A DNA stretch of 64,000 nucleotides from Candidatus Latescibacterota bacterium (GTDB lineage Bacteria; Latescibacterota; UBA2968; UBA8231). The position numbers and the translations under genes are program-made. Positions 9,204 through 17,870 of the stretch are shown in pieces. The notes beneath the pieces were generated by a model that was given only the letters and a program-made list of their open reading frames with translations, was not told the origin of the DNA and did not search any database. The DNA is taken from the NCBI GenBank assembly GCA_965215195.1, contig CBDCDC010000002.1, positions 2,592,001 to 2,656,000 on the forward strand, read 5' to 3'. The number at the start of each line of letters is the position of its first letter. The stretch's first letter is position 1.

Positions 9204-10322
9204 CTAATCCCGTTTTATTTCTTTAACAGTACGCAAATACACGTTTTCCAAGTCCTCCGCCAACCGATCCCAATCAAACCGCCCTGCCCACGCACGGCCC
9301 GCTGCCCCCAAAGACCGCCGCCTTGGGTCGTCAGCGACCAGCGCCCGCATCCCGGCCGCCAAGGCCCCCACATCGCTGGGGGATACCAACACCCCGGTCT
9401 CGTCGTGGCGCATGGCGTCGCGCAGACCGTCGATGTTGGTGCCCAACACGGCTTTGCCGGCGGCCGCAGCCTCTACGGCCACCATACACCAGCCCTCGTA
9501 GCGGGACGGGATGCAGACCATGAGGGCGCGGCGCAAGAGCTCGCCTTTTTGCTCCTCTTCCACGCTCCCTATGATCTCCACGCGGTCCTCCAATCCCGTC
9601 CGCCGCGCCAAATCGCGCACGCTAGCGAGCTGCTCAGGGGTGCCGCGCCCGGCCAGCTTGAGGCGGATATCCGGGTGCTCGGGTGCAATCTCGGCAAACG
9701 CGGCGATCAACAGGTCAATCCCCTTAGTGTGTATATCCATGCGACCAAAGTAGAGCAGGTACGGGGCTTCCTCGGGCGCAAGCGCGAAAAAGCGGCGCTC
9801 GACGCCGCTGTACACGAGCTCGACAGCCGCGCCGCGTGCGCGCCGCTGGATGCGCGCTTGCACGCTAGGGGCAATCGTCAAGATCCGGCGATATGCGCGC
9901 AGAGCGCGCTGCTCGCACAGCCACGCCACACCGCCCACGAGCGGATGCTTGACGAGGGCGTGCGGCCCCATGAAGTGATAAAACAGAAGCAGGCCCTGCC
10001 GCCGCAGCGAGGCCGGGACGCGCAAGGGGGCGAAGGCCGAAAACTCGTTGATCCACAAATCCCACTCTAGCCGCTGCAACTGGGCTACGGCCTCGCGGCA
10101 ATAGCCCAAACGGCTCAGGGCATAGCTGCGGGCCGAGCCAACGCGCAGCAGGCGCAGGCCGTACCGCTCGGTTTCGCGCTCGGCCCCGGGGAAAAGGCCG
10201 CTGACGACGGTGATCTCGTGGCGGCTGGACAGGCGGCGATAGAGCTCCATCGCCCGCACTGCACCGCCGCCGCCCAGCCACGGGTTGGCCATGTCGTCGT
10301 ACATCAGATGGCAGATCTTCAT
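9204..10322 (-). CDS. Glycosyltransferase family 4
   Basis: GGGA N-terminal motif, YFGR…KG, PSRYEGWCMVAVEA (EX7E), FDWD near the C-terminus. Confidence 0.9.
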   Translation of the reverse strand: MKICHLMYDDMANPWLGGGGAVRAMELYRRLSSRHEITVVSGLFPGAERETERYGLRLLRVGSARSYALSRLGYCREAVAQLQRLEWDLWINEFSAFAPLRVPASLRRQGLLLFYHFMGPHALVKHPLVGGVAWLCEQRALRAYRRILTIAPSVQARIQRRARGAAVELVYSGVERRFFALAPEEAPYLLYFGRMDIHTKGIDLLIAAFAEIAPEHPDIRLKLAGRGTPEQLASVRDLARRTGLEDRVEIIGSVEEEQKGELLRRALMVCIPSRYEGWCMVAVEAAAAGKAVLGTNIDGLRDAMRHDETGVLVSPSDVGALAAGMRALVADDPRRRSLGAAGRAWAGRFDWDRLAEDLENVYLRTVKEIKRD

Positions 10323-10339
10323 GGGCAGGTGCCCGCGTC

Positions 10340-10936
10340 TCAGAGCACGCCCTTGGTCGAAGGGATGCCCTCGACCCGTTCATTCCGCTGCGCGGCCATG
10401 AGCAGGGCGCGGGCGAACGCCTTGAAGAGGGCCTCAATGCCGTGGTGGGCATTGAGGCCGCGCACGAGGTCAAGGTGGAGATTCATCCGGCCTTGGTCGG
10501 CCACTGCGTAGAAAAACTCGCGCACTAAGGACACATTTAGCGCACCGACCCGCTCCTCGTTGAAGGCGGCGGCAAAGACCAGATAGGCCCGGCCCGACAA
10601 ATCCACCACCGCCCGCGCCAGCGCTTCGTCCATGGGCACGTAGCTGTGGCCGTAGCGCTGGATGCCGGCCTTGTCGCCCAAGGCTTGGACGATGGCCCGG
10701 CCAAGGCAGATGCCCACGTCTTCCACGGTGTGGTGGGCATCCACGTGCAGGTCGCCGCGGCATTGGACCTCTAGGTCGCACAGGCCGTGCCGGGCAAAGG
10801 CGTGGAGCATGTGGTCGAAGAAGCCGAGGCCGGTGTCGGCGCGGCACTGGCCGCTGCCGTCGAGGCACAGCCGCAACTCGATCTCGGTCTCGGTCGTCTG
10901 GCGCGCAATCTGCGCTGTGCGGCACTCCGCGCTCAC
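10340..10936 (-). CDS. hisB: Imidazoleglycerol-phosphate dehydratase
   Basis: RQTTET, FFDHML, DLHVDAHHTVED, NAHHGIEALFKA, IPSTKGVL. Confidence 0.97.
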   Translation of the reverse strand: MSAECRTAQIARQTTETEIELRLCLDGSGQCRADTGLGFFDHMLHAFARHGLCDLEVQCRGDLHVDAHHTVEDVGICLGRAIVQALGDKAGIQRYGHSYVPMDEALARAVVDLSGRAYLVFAAAFNEERVGALNVSLVREFFYAVADQGRMNLHLDLVRGLNAHHGIEALFKAFARALLMAAQRNERVEGIPSTKGVL

Positions 10937-12237
10937 GGGGTAGCCCTTTGTTGGCGGATGCGGACGGCTTGCGCGTGAGCCTCGAGGCCCTCGGCTTGCG
11001 CTAGGCGGGCGATGTGCGCGGCCGTGTGGGCCAAGCGCTCGGGGGTGTAGGCGATGATGCTCGTCGTCTTAACGAAATCGGCCCACCCCAACGACGAGGC
11101 ATAGCGGGCCGCGCCTTGGGTCGGCAGCACGTGATTGGTGCCGGCAAAGTAATCGCCGACCGGCTCGGGGGAAGCTGCGCCGAGGAACAGCGCGCCGCAG
11201 TGGCGAATTGAATCCACCCAGCGCCACGGGTCGGCCACCTGCAATTCGGCGTGTTCCGGCGCTAGGCGGTTGAGCAGCTCGATCCCCACTTCGAGGCTAG
11301 GCACCACGACAATCGCGCCGTATTCTTCTAAGGCCCTATCTATAATTGAATGGCGCGGCAGAGCTTCTCGTTGCGCTTCGAGTTCCTCCTGCACGCGGTG
11401 CGCTAGGGCCGCGCAATCCGTGATGCACACGGCCGCCACCCCCCAGCCATGCTCGGCTTGCGCCAGCAAATCCGCGGCTACCCAACGCGGGTCGGCCCCT
11501 TTGTCGGCGAGCACCACAATTTCCGACGGGCCGGGCAACAGCGCGATGCCCACCGCGCCAAAGACCTGCCGCTGCGCAGCCACCGTATAGGGGGAGCCGG
11601 GGCCGACGATCTTGTGGACCGGCGGGATGCTCTCCGTGCCATAGGCGAGGGCGGCCACGGCCTGGGCCCCACCCACCGCGTACACCTCGTCAATGCCCAA
11701 CAAATGCGCCGCCGCCGCAATCACTGGGGCCGGCCGGCCGGCCGCCACCGGCGGCGTGACCACGCAGATCTGGTCCACGCCGGCCACCTGCGCGGGCACG
11801 GCCGTCATCAGCAGGCTCGAAAACAGCGGTGCTTCGCCGGCCGGGATGCACAGACCCACCCGCTCAATGGGCGCGATTTTCTTGCCCAGCACCACCCCGT
11901 CGCCGTCTTCGACAAACCAAGAGTTGAGTTTTTGCCGCTCGTGGAAGGCGCGGATATTGGCTACCGCCGCCTCCATAGAGGCGCACAGACTCGGATCGAG
12001 CGCGGCCTCGGCCTCGGCGAGCACGGACGCCGACACCCGCACCTGCCCGGGGCACACTTCCACGCCATCGAATCGCTGCGTCAGCGCACACAACGCAGCA
12101 TCGCCTTCTTCCCGCACTTGCCGCAGAATGTCCCTCACCGCGTCCTCGACCTCGGGATCGGACTCGGGGCGGCGAGCGAGCAGGGCGGTGAGCCGGGCGG
12201 CGAGCGGAGCGGAGGGATAGGACGCAATGGGCACCAT
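10933..12237 (-). CDS. hisD: Histidinol dehydrogenase
   Basis: GGAQAVAALAYG, GPSE, DLLAQAEH, APEH, GDYFAGTNHVLPT, EGLEAHA; ATG at 12237 overlaps the hisG TGA. Confidence 0.96.
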   Translation of the reverse strand: MVPIASYPSAPLAARLTALLARRPESDPEVEDAVRDILRQVREEGDAALCALTQRFDGVEVCPGQVRVSASVLAEAEAALDPSLCASMEAAVANIRAFHERQKLNSWFVEDGDGVVLGKKIAPIERVGLCIPAGEAPLFSSLLMTAVPAQVAGVDQICVVTPPVAAGRPAPVIAAAAHLLGIDEVYAVGGAQAVAALAYGTESIPPVHKIVGPGSPYTVAAQRQVFGAVGIALLPGPSEIVVLADKGADPRWVAADLLAQAEHGWGVAAVCITDCAALAHRVQEELEAQREALPRHSIIDRALEEYGAIVVVPSLEVGIELLNRLAPEHAELQVADPWRWVDSIRHCGALFLGAASPEPVGDYFAGTNHVLPTQGAARYASSLGWADFVKTTSIIAYTPERLAHTAAHIARLAQAEGLEAHAQAVRIRQQRATP

Positions 12238-13115
12238 CAATACACGACCTTGTTGAGCGGGTACTCGATGATGCCTTCGGCCCCGAGCCGCTTGAGTTGG
12301 GGAATGAGCTCGCGCACCACGCGCTCGTCGGCGACGATTTCCAGCGCGACCCACTCGGAGTCCATCTGGCTAGAGACCGTGGGCGTGTGCAGGGCCGGCA
12401 ACCGGGCGATGACGCGGTCGAGCTGGGCGCACGGCACGTTCATCTTGAGACCGACCTTGTGCTCGGCTTCGAGTGCGCCCTTGAGCAGCATCAGCAAGTT
12501 CTCGGCCTTCTCCCGCTTCCAGCCATCGGCCCACGCGGCCTTGTTGGCGATGAAGCGCGGGGTCGATTCGCAGACCGTATCGATGATGCGCAGGCGGTTG
12601 GCCTTGAGCGATGCGCCCGTCTCAGTCGCCTCGACGACGGCATCCACCAGCCCGGGAATGCCGGCCTTGACCTCGGTCGTGCCCCACGAAAACTCTACCT
12701 CGGCCTCCACGCCGCGCCCTTGCAAGAAGCGGCGCGTCACGCCAACTAACTCGCTGGCGATGCGGCGTCCCTGTAGGTCTTCGACGCATTGGATAGCGGA
12801 ATCCTCGGGCACGGCAATGACCCAGCGCAAGGGCCGCGCCGTGCTCTTGCTGTAGGTCAACTCACCGATTTCTTCTACATTGACCTCGCTTTCGAGAATC
12901 CAGTCTCGGCCCGTCAGGCCCACATCGACGACGCCGCGCGCCACGTACTGGGCGATTTCCTGCGCCCGGAACATCAGGCCCGAAAGCTGGGGATCGTCGA
13001 TGTCGGGCACGTACGAGCGCGGCGCGAGCCGCACTCGATAGCCGGCGCGGACAAACAGGTCAAACGTGGACTCCTTCAAGCTCCCGGACGGGAAGCCGAT
13101 CTTCAATTCCTTCAT
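12237..13115 (-). CDS. hisG: ATP phosphoribosyltransferase (long form)
   Basis: PSGSL, RAQEI, DVGLTGRDW, ETGASLKANRL, C-terminal PTVS…GAEGIIEYPLNK. Confidence 0.96.
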   Translation of the reverse strand: MKELKIGFPSGSLKESTFDLFVRAGYRVRLAPRSYVPDIDDPQLSGLMFRAQEIAQYVARGVVDVGLTGRDWILESEVNVEEIGELTYSKSTARPLRWVIAVPEDSAIQCVEDLQGRRIASELVGVTRRFLQGRGVEAEVEFSWGTTEVKAGIPGLVDAVVEATETGASLKANRLRIIDTVCESTPRFIANKAAWADGWKREKAENLLMLLKGALEAEHKVGLKMNVPCAQLDRVIARLPALHTPTVSSQMDSEWVALEIVADERVVRELIPQLKRLGAEGIIEYPLNKVVY

Positions 13116-13127
13116 CTCGCTCCTAGC

Positions 13128-14045
13128 TCAGTTTAGCACCTCAGCGACTTGGGGATTTAGCTTGTACAGGGCTTGCCGCGCCGCAATCTGGTCTTTTTCC
13201 GTGCCCTCCCGCATCAGCCGCTGCAAGTGCGGCACGGCCCGCGCATCGCCCACCTCGGCGAGGGCCTGCACGGCTTTGCTGCGGATGCTCTGGAGCTCAT
13301 CGGCGTCGAGGGCGACCAGCAGAGCCTCGTATATGGCGTTGCGGGCGGGGGGTCTGAGCGGCAAGAGGCCGATCTGGCCGAGGGCCTGCACGGCCACGTA
13401 GCGCACCTCGGCCGAGGGGTCCAGCGACATGCGAATGACTTCTTCGGCTGCGTCTAGGTACCCGTAGGCGCGCAGGCTCTGCAGGGCGGCGATCCGCCAC
13501 TTGGGCTTGGGGGCGCGCAATGCGCGGCGCACCACGCGGAAGGCCGAGTCGCTCAAGGCCGGCTCGGCTTCGTACGAATGGCACGAGCCGAGCGCACCGA
13601 GTACGTATTGGCGCACTTCTACCGTGGGGTCGCGCACGTACCTGAGCAGCGGGGCGAGCGCGGCGGGTGCGCCGATCTGGCCCAGCGCCCACGCGGCCAC
13701 CGCGGCCACCCGCGGCGACTGGTCTTTTAGGGCCTTAACCAAAGTCGGCACGGCGCGTTCGTCCTTAAAGCGACCCAACAGGTGCATCACCTCAAACCGC
13801 ACGCGGATGTAGCCGGAATCGGCTTCCTCGATCAGCAGGGGAACGACCGCGTCGGCGTCGAAGCGGATGAGCTGGTTGGCGGCTTTGGTTCGCTCTACTT
13901 TTTGACTGCTTTTGAGCTGGTGAATGTACTCTTCCGGCGAAGGGCCTCCACACCCGATGCCCAAGCCCGCGCACAGCAGCAAGGCCCAAAGGGCGAGTCG
14001 CGTACTGCTGCCAAATTTTTGCCTTTGAAAAAAAATGCCGGCCAT
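13128..14045 (-). CDS. HEAT-repeat protein, possible lipoprotein
   Basis: Repeats of LGRFKDERAVPTL, VRYVAVQALGQIG, ALAEVGDARAVPHL; hydrophobic leader ending GIGC; alternative start at 14063. Confidence 0.8.
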   Translation of the reverse strand: MAGIFFQRQKFGSSTRLALWALLLCAGLGIGCGGPSPEEYIHQLKSSQKVERTKAANQLIRFDADAVVPLLIEEADSGYIRVRFEVMHLLGRFKDERAVPTLVKALKDQSPRVAAVAAWALGQIGAPAALAPLLRYVRDPTVEVRQYVLGALGSCHSYEAEPALSDSAFRVVRRALRAPKPKWRIAALQSLRAYGYLDAAEEVIRMSLDPSAEVRYVAVQALGQIGLLPLRPPARNAIYEALLVALDADELQSIRSKAVQALAEVGDARAVPHLQRLMREGTEKDQIAARQALYKLNPQVAEVLN

Positions 14046-14124
14046 ACCGCGTTCTCTATTCAATAGTATTGTTAAGAAGATAAGAGCCGCCCATAATCGC
14101 GTCCACCGCGCTAGGCCCCCGTCT

Positions 14125-14153
14125 TTGACAATCTTCCTAGTGACTTTTATACT
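14125..14153 (+). promoter_or_regulatory. sigma70 promoter for the SelW-TPR-rdgB-ABC cluster
   Basis: TTGACA-N17-TATACT. Confidence 0.75.
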
Positions 14154-14184
14154 TTTTCAACCCCTATTCCACAGGAGGTTCCCC

Positions 14185-14418
14185 GTGAACTTGGAACTCG
14201 TTTACTGCGCTGCTTGAGGCTACGAAAACAGAGCCGCCAGTTTGGCGGAACAGCTACTAGTCGCCTACAAGAAAGACATCGCCGCCTTCTCGCTAGTGCC
14301 CTCAGACCGGGGGCGGTTTGAACTCAGCCGCGATGGCGAGCTGATCTTTTCCAAGCTGCAAGAAGGCCGCTTTCCCGACCGCGGCGAAGTCGAGGCCCGG
14401 CTCAACGCCCGCCGCTAA
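14185..14418 (+). CDS. SelT/SelW/SelH (Rdx) family selenoprotein, Sec at TGA 14215-14217
   Basis: AGGAGG then GTG; MNLELVYCAAUGYENRAASLAEQLL…GRFELSRDGELIFSKLQEGRFPDRGEV; CxxU and GxFE…FSK…RFP motifs. Confidence 0.9.
14234..14248 (+). promoter_or_regulatory. Candidate bacterial SECIS hairpin
   Basis: CCGCCA-GTT-TGGCGG beginning 16 nt after the in-frame TGA. Confidence 0.55.
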
Positions 14419-14460
14419 GAGCCCGCCTATGTCTTTTACTATTGTATAGGAGGACCCGCT

Positions 14461-15519
14461 TTGAAGTACTGCCGCTTGCTCAGTTTCGCCCTTGCGCTTT
14501 TGAGCGCACCCGCCTTTGCCCAGTCGCCCGAAGCCGTCAACTACTACCGCGAGGGCTACGACTTGGTCAAGAAGGGCAGCTTTCGCAACGCCGTCATCGA
14601 GCTAGAAAAGGCCGTGGCGGCCGATTCCTCCTACGGAGACGCCCACTACGTCCTCGGCATTTCCTACAAGGCCCTCAACGAGTACGACAAAGCCATCGGC
14701 AGCTTTGCCGCAGCCCATGCCCTCGGCACCAAGCCGGAGCAGGCCGCTAAGGCACTGGGCCAGCTCTATCAAAAGGCCGCCCTCAACAGCTTTCGCCTAA
14801 AGAAATACCGCGAGTCCATCGACTATTTCACTAAAGTGCGCGACTTCAGCCCGCAAAGCGCCCAAGCCCTCTACGTCATGGGCCTTGCCCACAGTGGCCT
14901 GCACGAGAAAGACAAGGCCAAAGTGGCCTTTGCCGAGGCCATAGCAGCCGATCCCACCGACGCCAGACCCTACAATGCCCTCGGCGACATCCAGCGCCTC
15001 AGTCGCGACTACGGCAAATCCATCGTCACCTACCAGCGTTCCATAGAGGCCGACCCCACGTACATGGAATCATACGGCGACTTGGCGCGGGTGAAGTTCG
15101 CCACCCAAGACCTAGAGGGCATCGTACCGCTTTTGCAAAAGGCCCTAAAGATCGACGCCAAGTACGCCGAAGGGCACCGCTTGCTCGGCATTGCCCTCAA
15201 CCAACTCGGCCGTTTCCAAGAGGCTATTGCCCCACTGAAAAAAGCAGCCGATCTAGACGACGCCTACTGCGAGACGTTTTACCGGCTGAGCGAGGCTCAC
15301 TTTGGCATGGGCAACTTCCGCCAAGCCATTGAGTACGGCCGGCGCGCCACCAGTTGCCAAGCCGACTACCGAGCCGCCGAAGTGCTGCTGGGCGACGCGC
15401 ATTTTCAGCTAGGCCAACGAGAGGAAGCGCGGCGCTGGTACAACCTAGCGGTGAAAGACAGCCGCTACAAGGACTACGCAGCGAGCAAACTCGCAGAGAT
15501 CGACGAGCAGCCCCAATAG
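14461..15519 (+). CDS. Exported tetratricopeptide-repeat protein
   Basis: Signal peptide ending AFA; multiple TPR motifs (AHYVLG…AI, ALYVMG…A, YNALG…); TTG start with AGGAGG. Confidence 0.88.
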   Translation: MKYCRLLSFALALLSAPAFAQSPEAVNYYREGYDLVKKGSFRNAVIELEKAVAADSSYGDAHYVLGISYKALNEYDKAIGSFAAAHALGTKPEQAAKALGQLYQKAALNSFRLKKYRESIDYFTKVRDFSPQSAQALYVMGLAHSGLHEKDKAKVAFAEAIAADPTDARPYNALGDIQRLSRDYGKSIVTYQRSIEADPTYMESYGDLARVKFATQDLEGIVPLLQKALKIDAKYAEGHRLLGIALNQLGRFQEAIAPLKKAADLDDAYCETFYRLSEAHFGMGNFRQAIEYGRRATSCQADYRAAEVLLGDAHFQLGQREEARRWYNLAVKDSRYKDYAASKLAEIDEQPQ

Positions 15520-15525
15520 GCCGTA

Positions 15526-16134
15526 ATGGCGCTGCTGTTGGCCTCGAACAACTCCGGCAAGCTGCGCGAAGTCCGCACCCTGCTCGCCGATGTCGAGGTC
15601 GTTGCGCCGGCGGCGCTGGGCCTTGAGCTCGATGTCGAGGAAAGCGGCCAGACCTTTGCCGCCAACGCCCAGCTCAAGGCCCGCGCCTATGCAGCGGCCA
15701 GCGGCCAGCTTGCCCTTGCCGACGACTCTGGGCTTGAGGTCGATGCCCTTGCCGGCGCACCCGGGATCTACTCGGCCCGCTACGGCGGCCCCGACCTCGA
15801 CGACGCCGGCCGCTGCCGGCTCTTGCTCGCCCAGCTTGCCCCCTATCCTGCGCCAACGCAACGCCGAGCGAGGTTCCGCTGCGTCCTCTGCGCAGCCAGC
15901 CCCGACGGCCGCCAGTGCCAAGCCGAAGGCACTTGTGAAGGGCTGATCGCCCCGGCCCCAGCCGGGACCAACGGCTTTGGCTACGATCCGGTCTTTTTTG
16001 TGCCTGCCTACGCCAAAACCATGGCCCAGCTCAACCCGCAAATAAAAAACCGACTCAGTCACCGAGCCGAAGCACTGGCGGCCATGCGTCCGCTCCTCGC
16101 CAGCACCTTTCCCGAGCTCGAGCTCACCCGCTGA
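15526..16134 (+). CDS. rdgB: RdgB/HAM1 non-canonical purine NTP pyrophosphatase
   Basis: ASNNSGKLRE, ADDSGLEVDALAGAPGIYSAR, GFGYDPVF, KNRLSHR. Confidence 0.95.
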   Translation: MALLLASNNSGKLREVRTLLADVEVVAPAALGLELDVEESGQTFAANAQLKARAYAAASGQLALADDSGLEVDALAGAPGIYSARYGGPDLDDAGRCRLLLAQLAPYPAPTQRRARFRCVLCAASPDGRQCQAEGTCEGLIAPAPAGTNGFGYDPVFFVPAYAKTMAQLNPQIKNRLSHRAEALAAMRPLLASTFPELELTR

Positions 16135-17870
16135 TGTTTGGTCCGTTTTCCCAATACGTCCATCCCTATCGGGGCCGCATCCTGCTCGGCGCGCTCTGCA
16201 TTGGGCTGGGGCAGGCGGCGACCGCACGCATCCCACTGCTGGTGGGCGATGCCGTCGATGCGGTCGCGGTGCCGGATACGGCCTCCGGGGAAGTCGAGAC
16301 TTACGTCTTCTACATCCTCGCCTATGCCTTGGGCGTGGCCCTGTGCGGGTACGCCATGCGGATGCTGTTGGGCCGCGTTGCCAACCGCATCGAATACGAC
16401 ATCCGCACCGCGTATTTTGCCCACCTGCTCAAGCTGCCACTCTCGTACTACCAGCAGCGCCGCACCGGCGACCTCATGGCGCGGGCGACCAACGATCTCC
16501 ACTCTGTGCACATTTTTTGGGTCTATGGCATTCGCGGCATCGTCGATACCGCCTTGGGGCTGATCTTCACCCTCGCCTGTATGTGCCTGCTCGACTACAA
16601 GCTGGCCCTGCTGGTGCTGCTGCCCATGCCGCTTTTTAGCGTCGTGATGATCCGCATCGCCGCGGTCATCAACACCCGCTACAAGGCCATCCAAGAATAC
16701 TTCGGCCAGATCAGCACCTTCATCCAAGAAAATCTCTCCGGCATCCGCGTGGTCCGGGCCTACACCCAAGAGCCCGCGCAAAACGCCGCGTTCGACCGGC
16801 TCAACCTAGCGTACCTCGAAAAAAACCGCGCCTACATCCTCACGCGCGCCAACTACCGGCCGCTCTCCTACGTCATCGCCTCGCTCTGCTTGGGGCTGAA
16901 CCTGTGGCTGGGCGGGCGGGCGGTCATCGACGGCGAACTCAGCTTGGGGACGTTCGTCGCCTTCAACGCCTACCTGACCCAGCTCATCCGCCCGATCATG
17001 TACACCGGCTGGGTCATCGACCGCGCCCAGCGTGCCCTCGTGTCCATGCAGCGCATCAACGAGATCCTCGCTGTCGAGCCTGAGATCCAAGACCGCGCCC
17101 TGCCTCCGGCCTCTCCGCGCCCAATCGCCGGGCACATTGCCTTCCGCAAGCTCAGCTTCTCCTACGGCAAGGAGCGAGTCCTCCACCAGATTGATCTCGA
17201 TATTCCTCCCGGCACGACCCTCGGGATCATCGGCCGGGTCGGCTCGGGCAAGACCACCCTCGCGCGCCTCGTGCCGCGCTTGATCCAAGCCGGGCCGGGG
17301 CAGCTATGCATCGACGGGGTGCCGATCGAGGAATGGCCCCTAGCGACCTTGCGCGACGCCATCGGCTACGTCCCGCAAAATCCCTTTCTATTTTCCAATA
17401 CCCTCAACGCCAACATCGCCTACGGCGCGGACTCTGCCGCCGAGGCCCAGATCCGCGCCGCGGCCGCAAAGGCCCAACTCAAAAAGGACATCGACCAATT
17501 CGACGAGGGCTTCGACACCCTCATCGGCGAGCGCGGCGTCACCTTGTCCGGCGGCCAAAAGCAACGCGCGACCTTGGCCCGGGCGCTCATTGGCCGCCCG
17601 CAGATTCTCATCCTCGACGACGCGCTCTCCGCGGTGGACACCCACACTGAGGAAGCCATCCTCGACCACTTGCACACTCTCATGCAGGGCCGCACCACCC
17701 TCATCATCGCCCACCGCATCTCGACCCTGCGCCACGCCGATTACATCGTCGTCCTAGAGGAAGGCCACATCGCCGAGCAGGGCACCCACGACGAGCTGGT
17801 CCGCAGCGGTGGCTTCTACGCCGAGCTGTACCAGCAACAGCAGCTTAGCGCCGAGCTAGAAACGCTGTGA
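16134..17870 (+). CDS. ABC exporter, fused permease/ATPase (MdlA/YheI-like half)
   Basis: RTGDLMARATND, GRVGSGKT, LSGGQKQR, LILDDALSAVD. Confidence 0.92.
   Translation: MFGPFSQYVHPYRGRILLGALCIGLGQAATARIPLLVGDAVDAVAVPDTASGEVETYVFYILAYALGVALCGYAMRMLLGRVANRIEYDIRTAYFAHLLKLPLSYYQQRRTGDLMARATNDLHSVHIFWVYGIRGIVDTALGLIFTLACMCLLDYKLALLVLLPMPLFSVVMIRIAAVINTRYKAIQEYFGQISTFIQENLSGIRVVRAYTQEPAQNAAFDRLNLAYLEKNRAYILTRANYRPLSYVIASLCLGLNLWLGGRAVIDGELSLGTFVAFNAYLTQLIRPIMYTGWVIDRAQRALVSMQRINEILAVEPEIQDRALPPASPRPIAGHIAFRKLSFSYGKERVLHQIDLDIPPGTTLGIIGRVGSGKTTLARLVPRLIQAGPGQLCIDGVPIEEWPLATLRDAIGYVPQNPFLFSNTLNANIAYGADSAAEAQIRAAAAKAQLKKDIDQFDEGFDTLIGERGVTLSGGQKQRATLARALIGRPQILILDDALSAVDTHTEEAILDHLHTLMQGRTTLIIAHRISTLRHADYIVVLEEGHIAEQGTHDELVRSGGFYAELYQQQQLSAELETL

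Noticed and set aside
11449-12855. 468-aa plus-strand ORF
   Set aside because: Antisense to hisD/hisG
14035-14217. 60-aa ORF ending at TGA
   Set aside because: Its 3' end is the start of the SelW-like gene, and the TGA is better read as Sec
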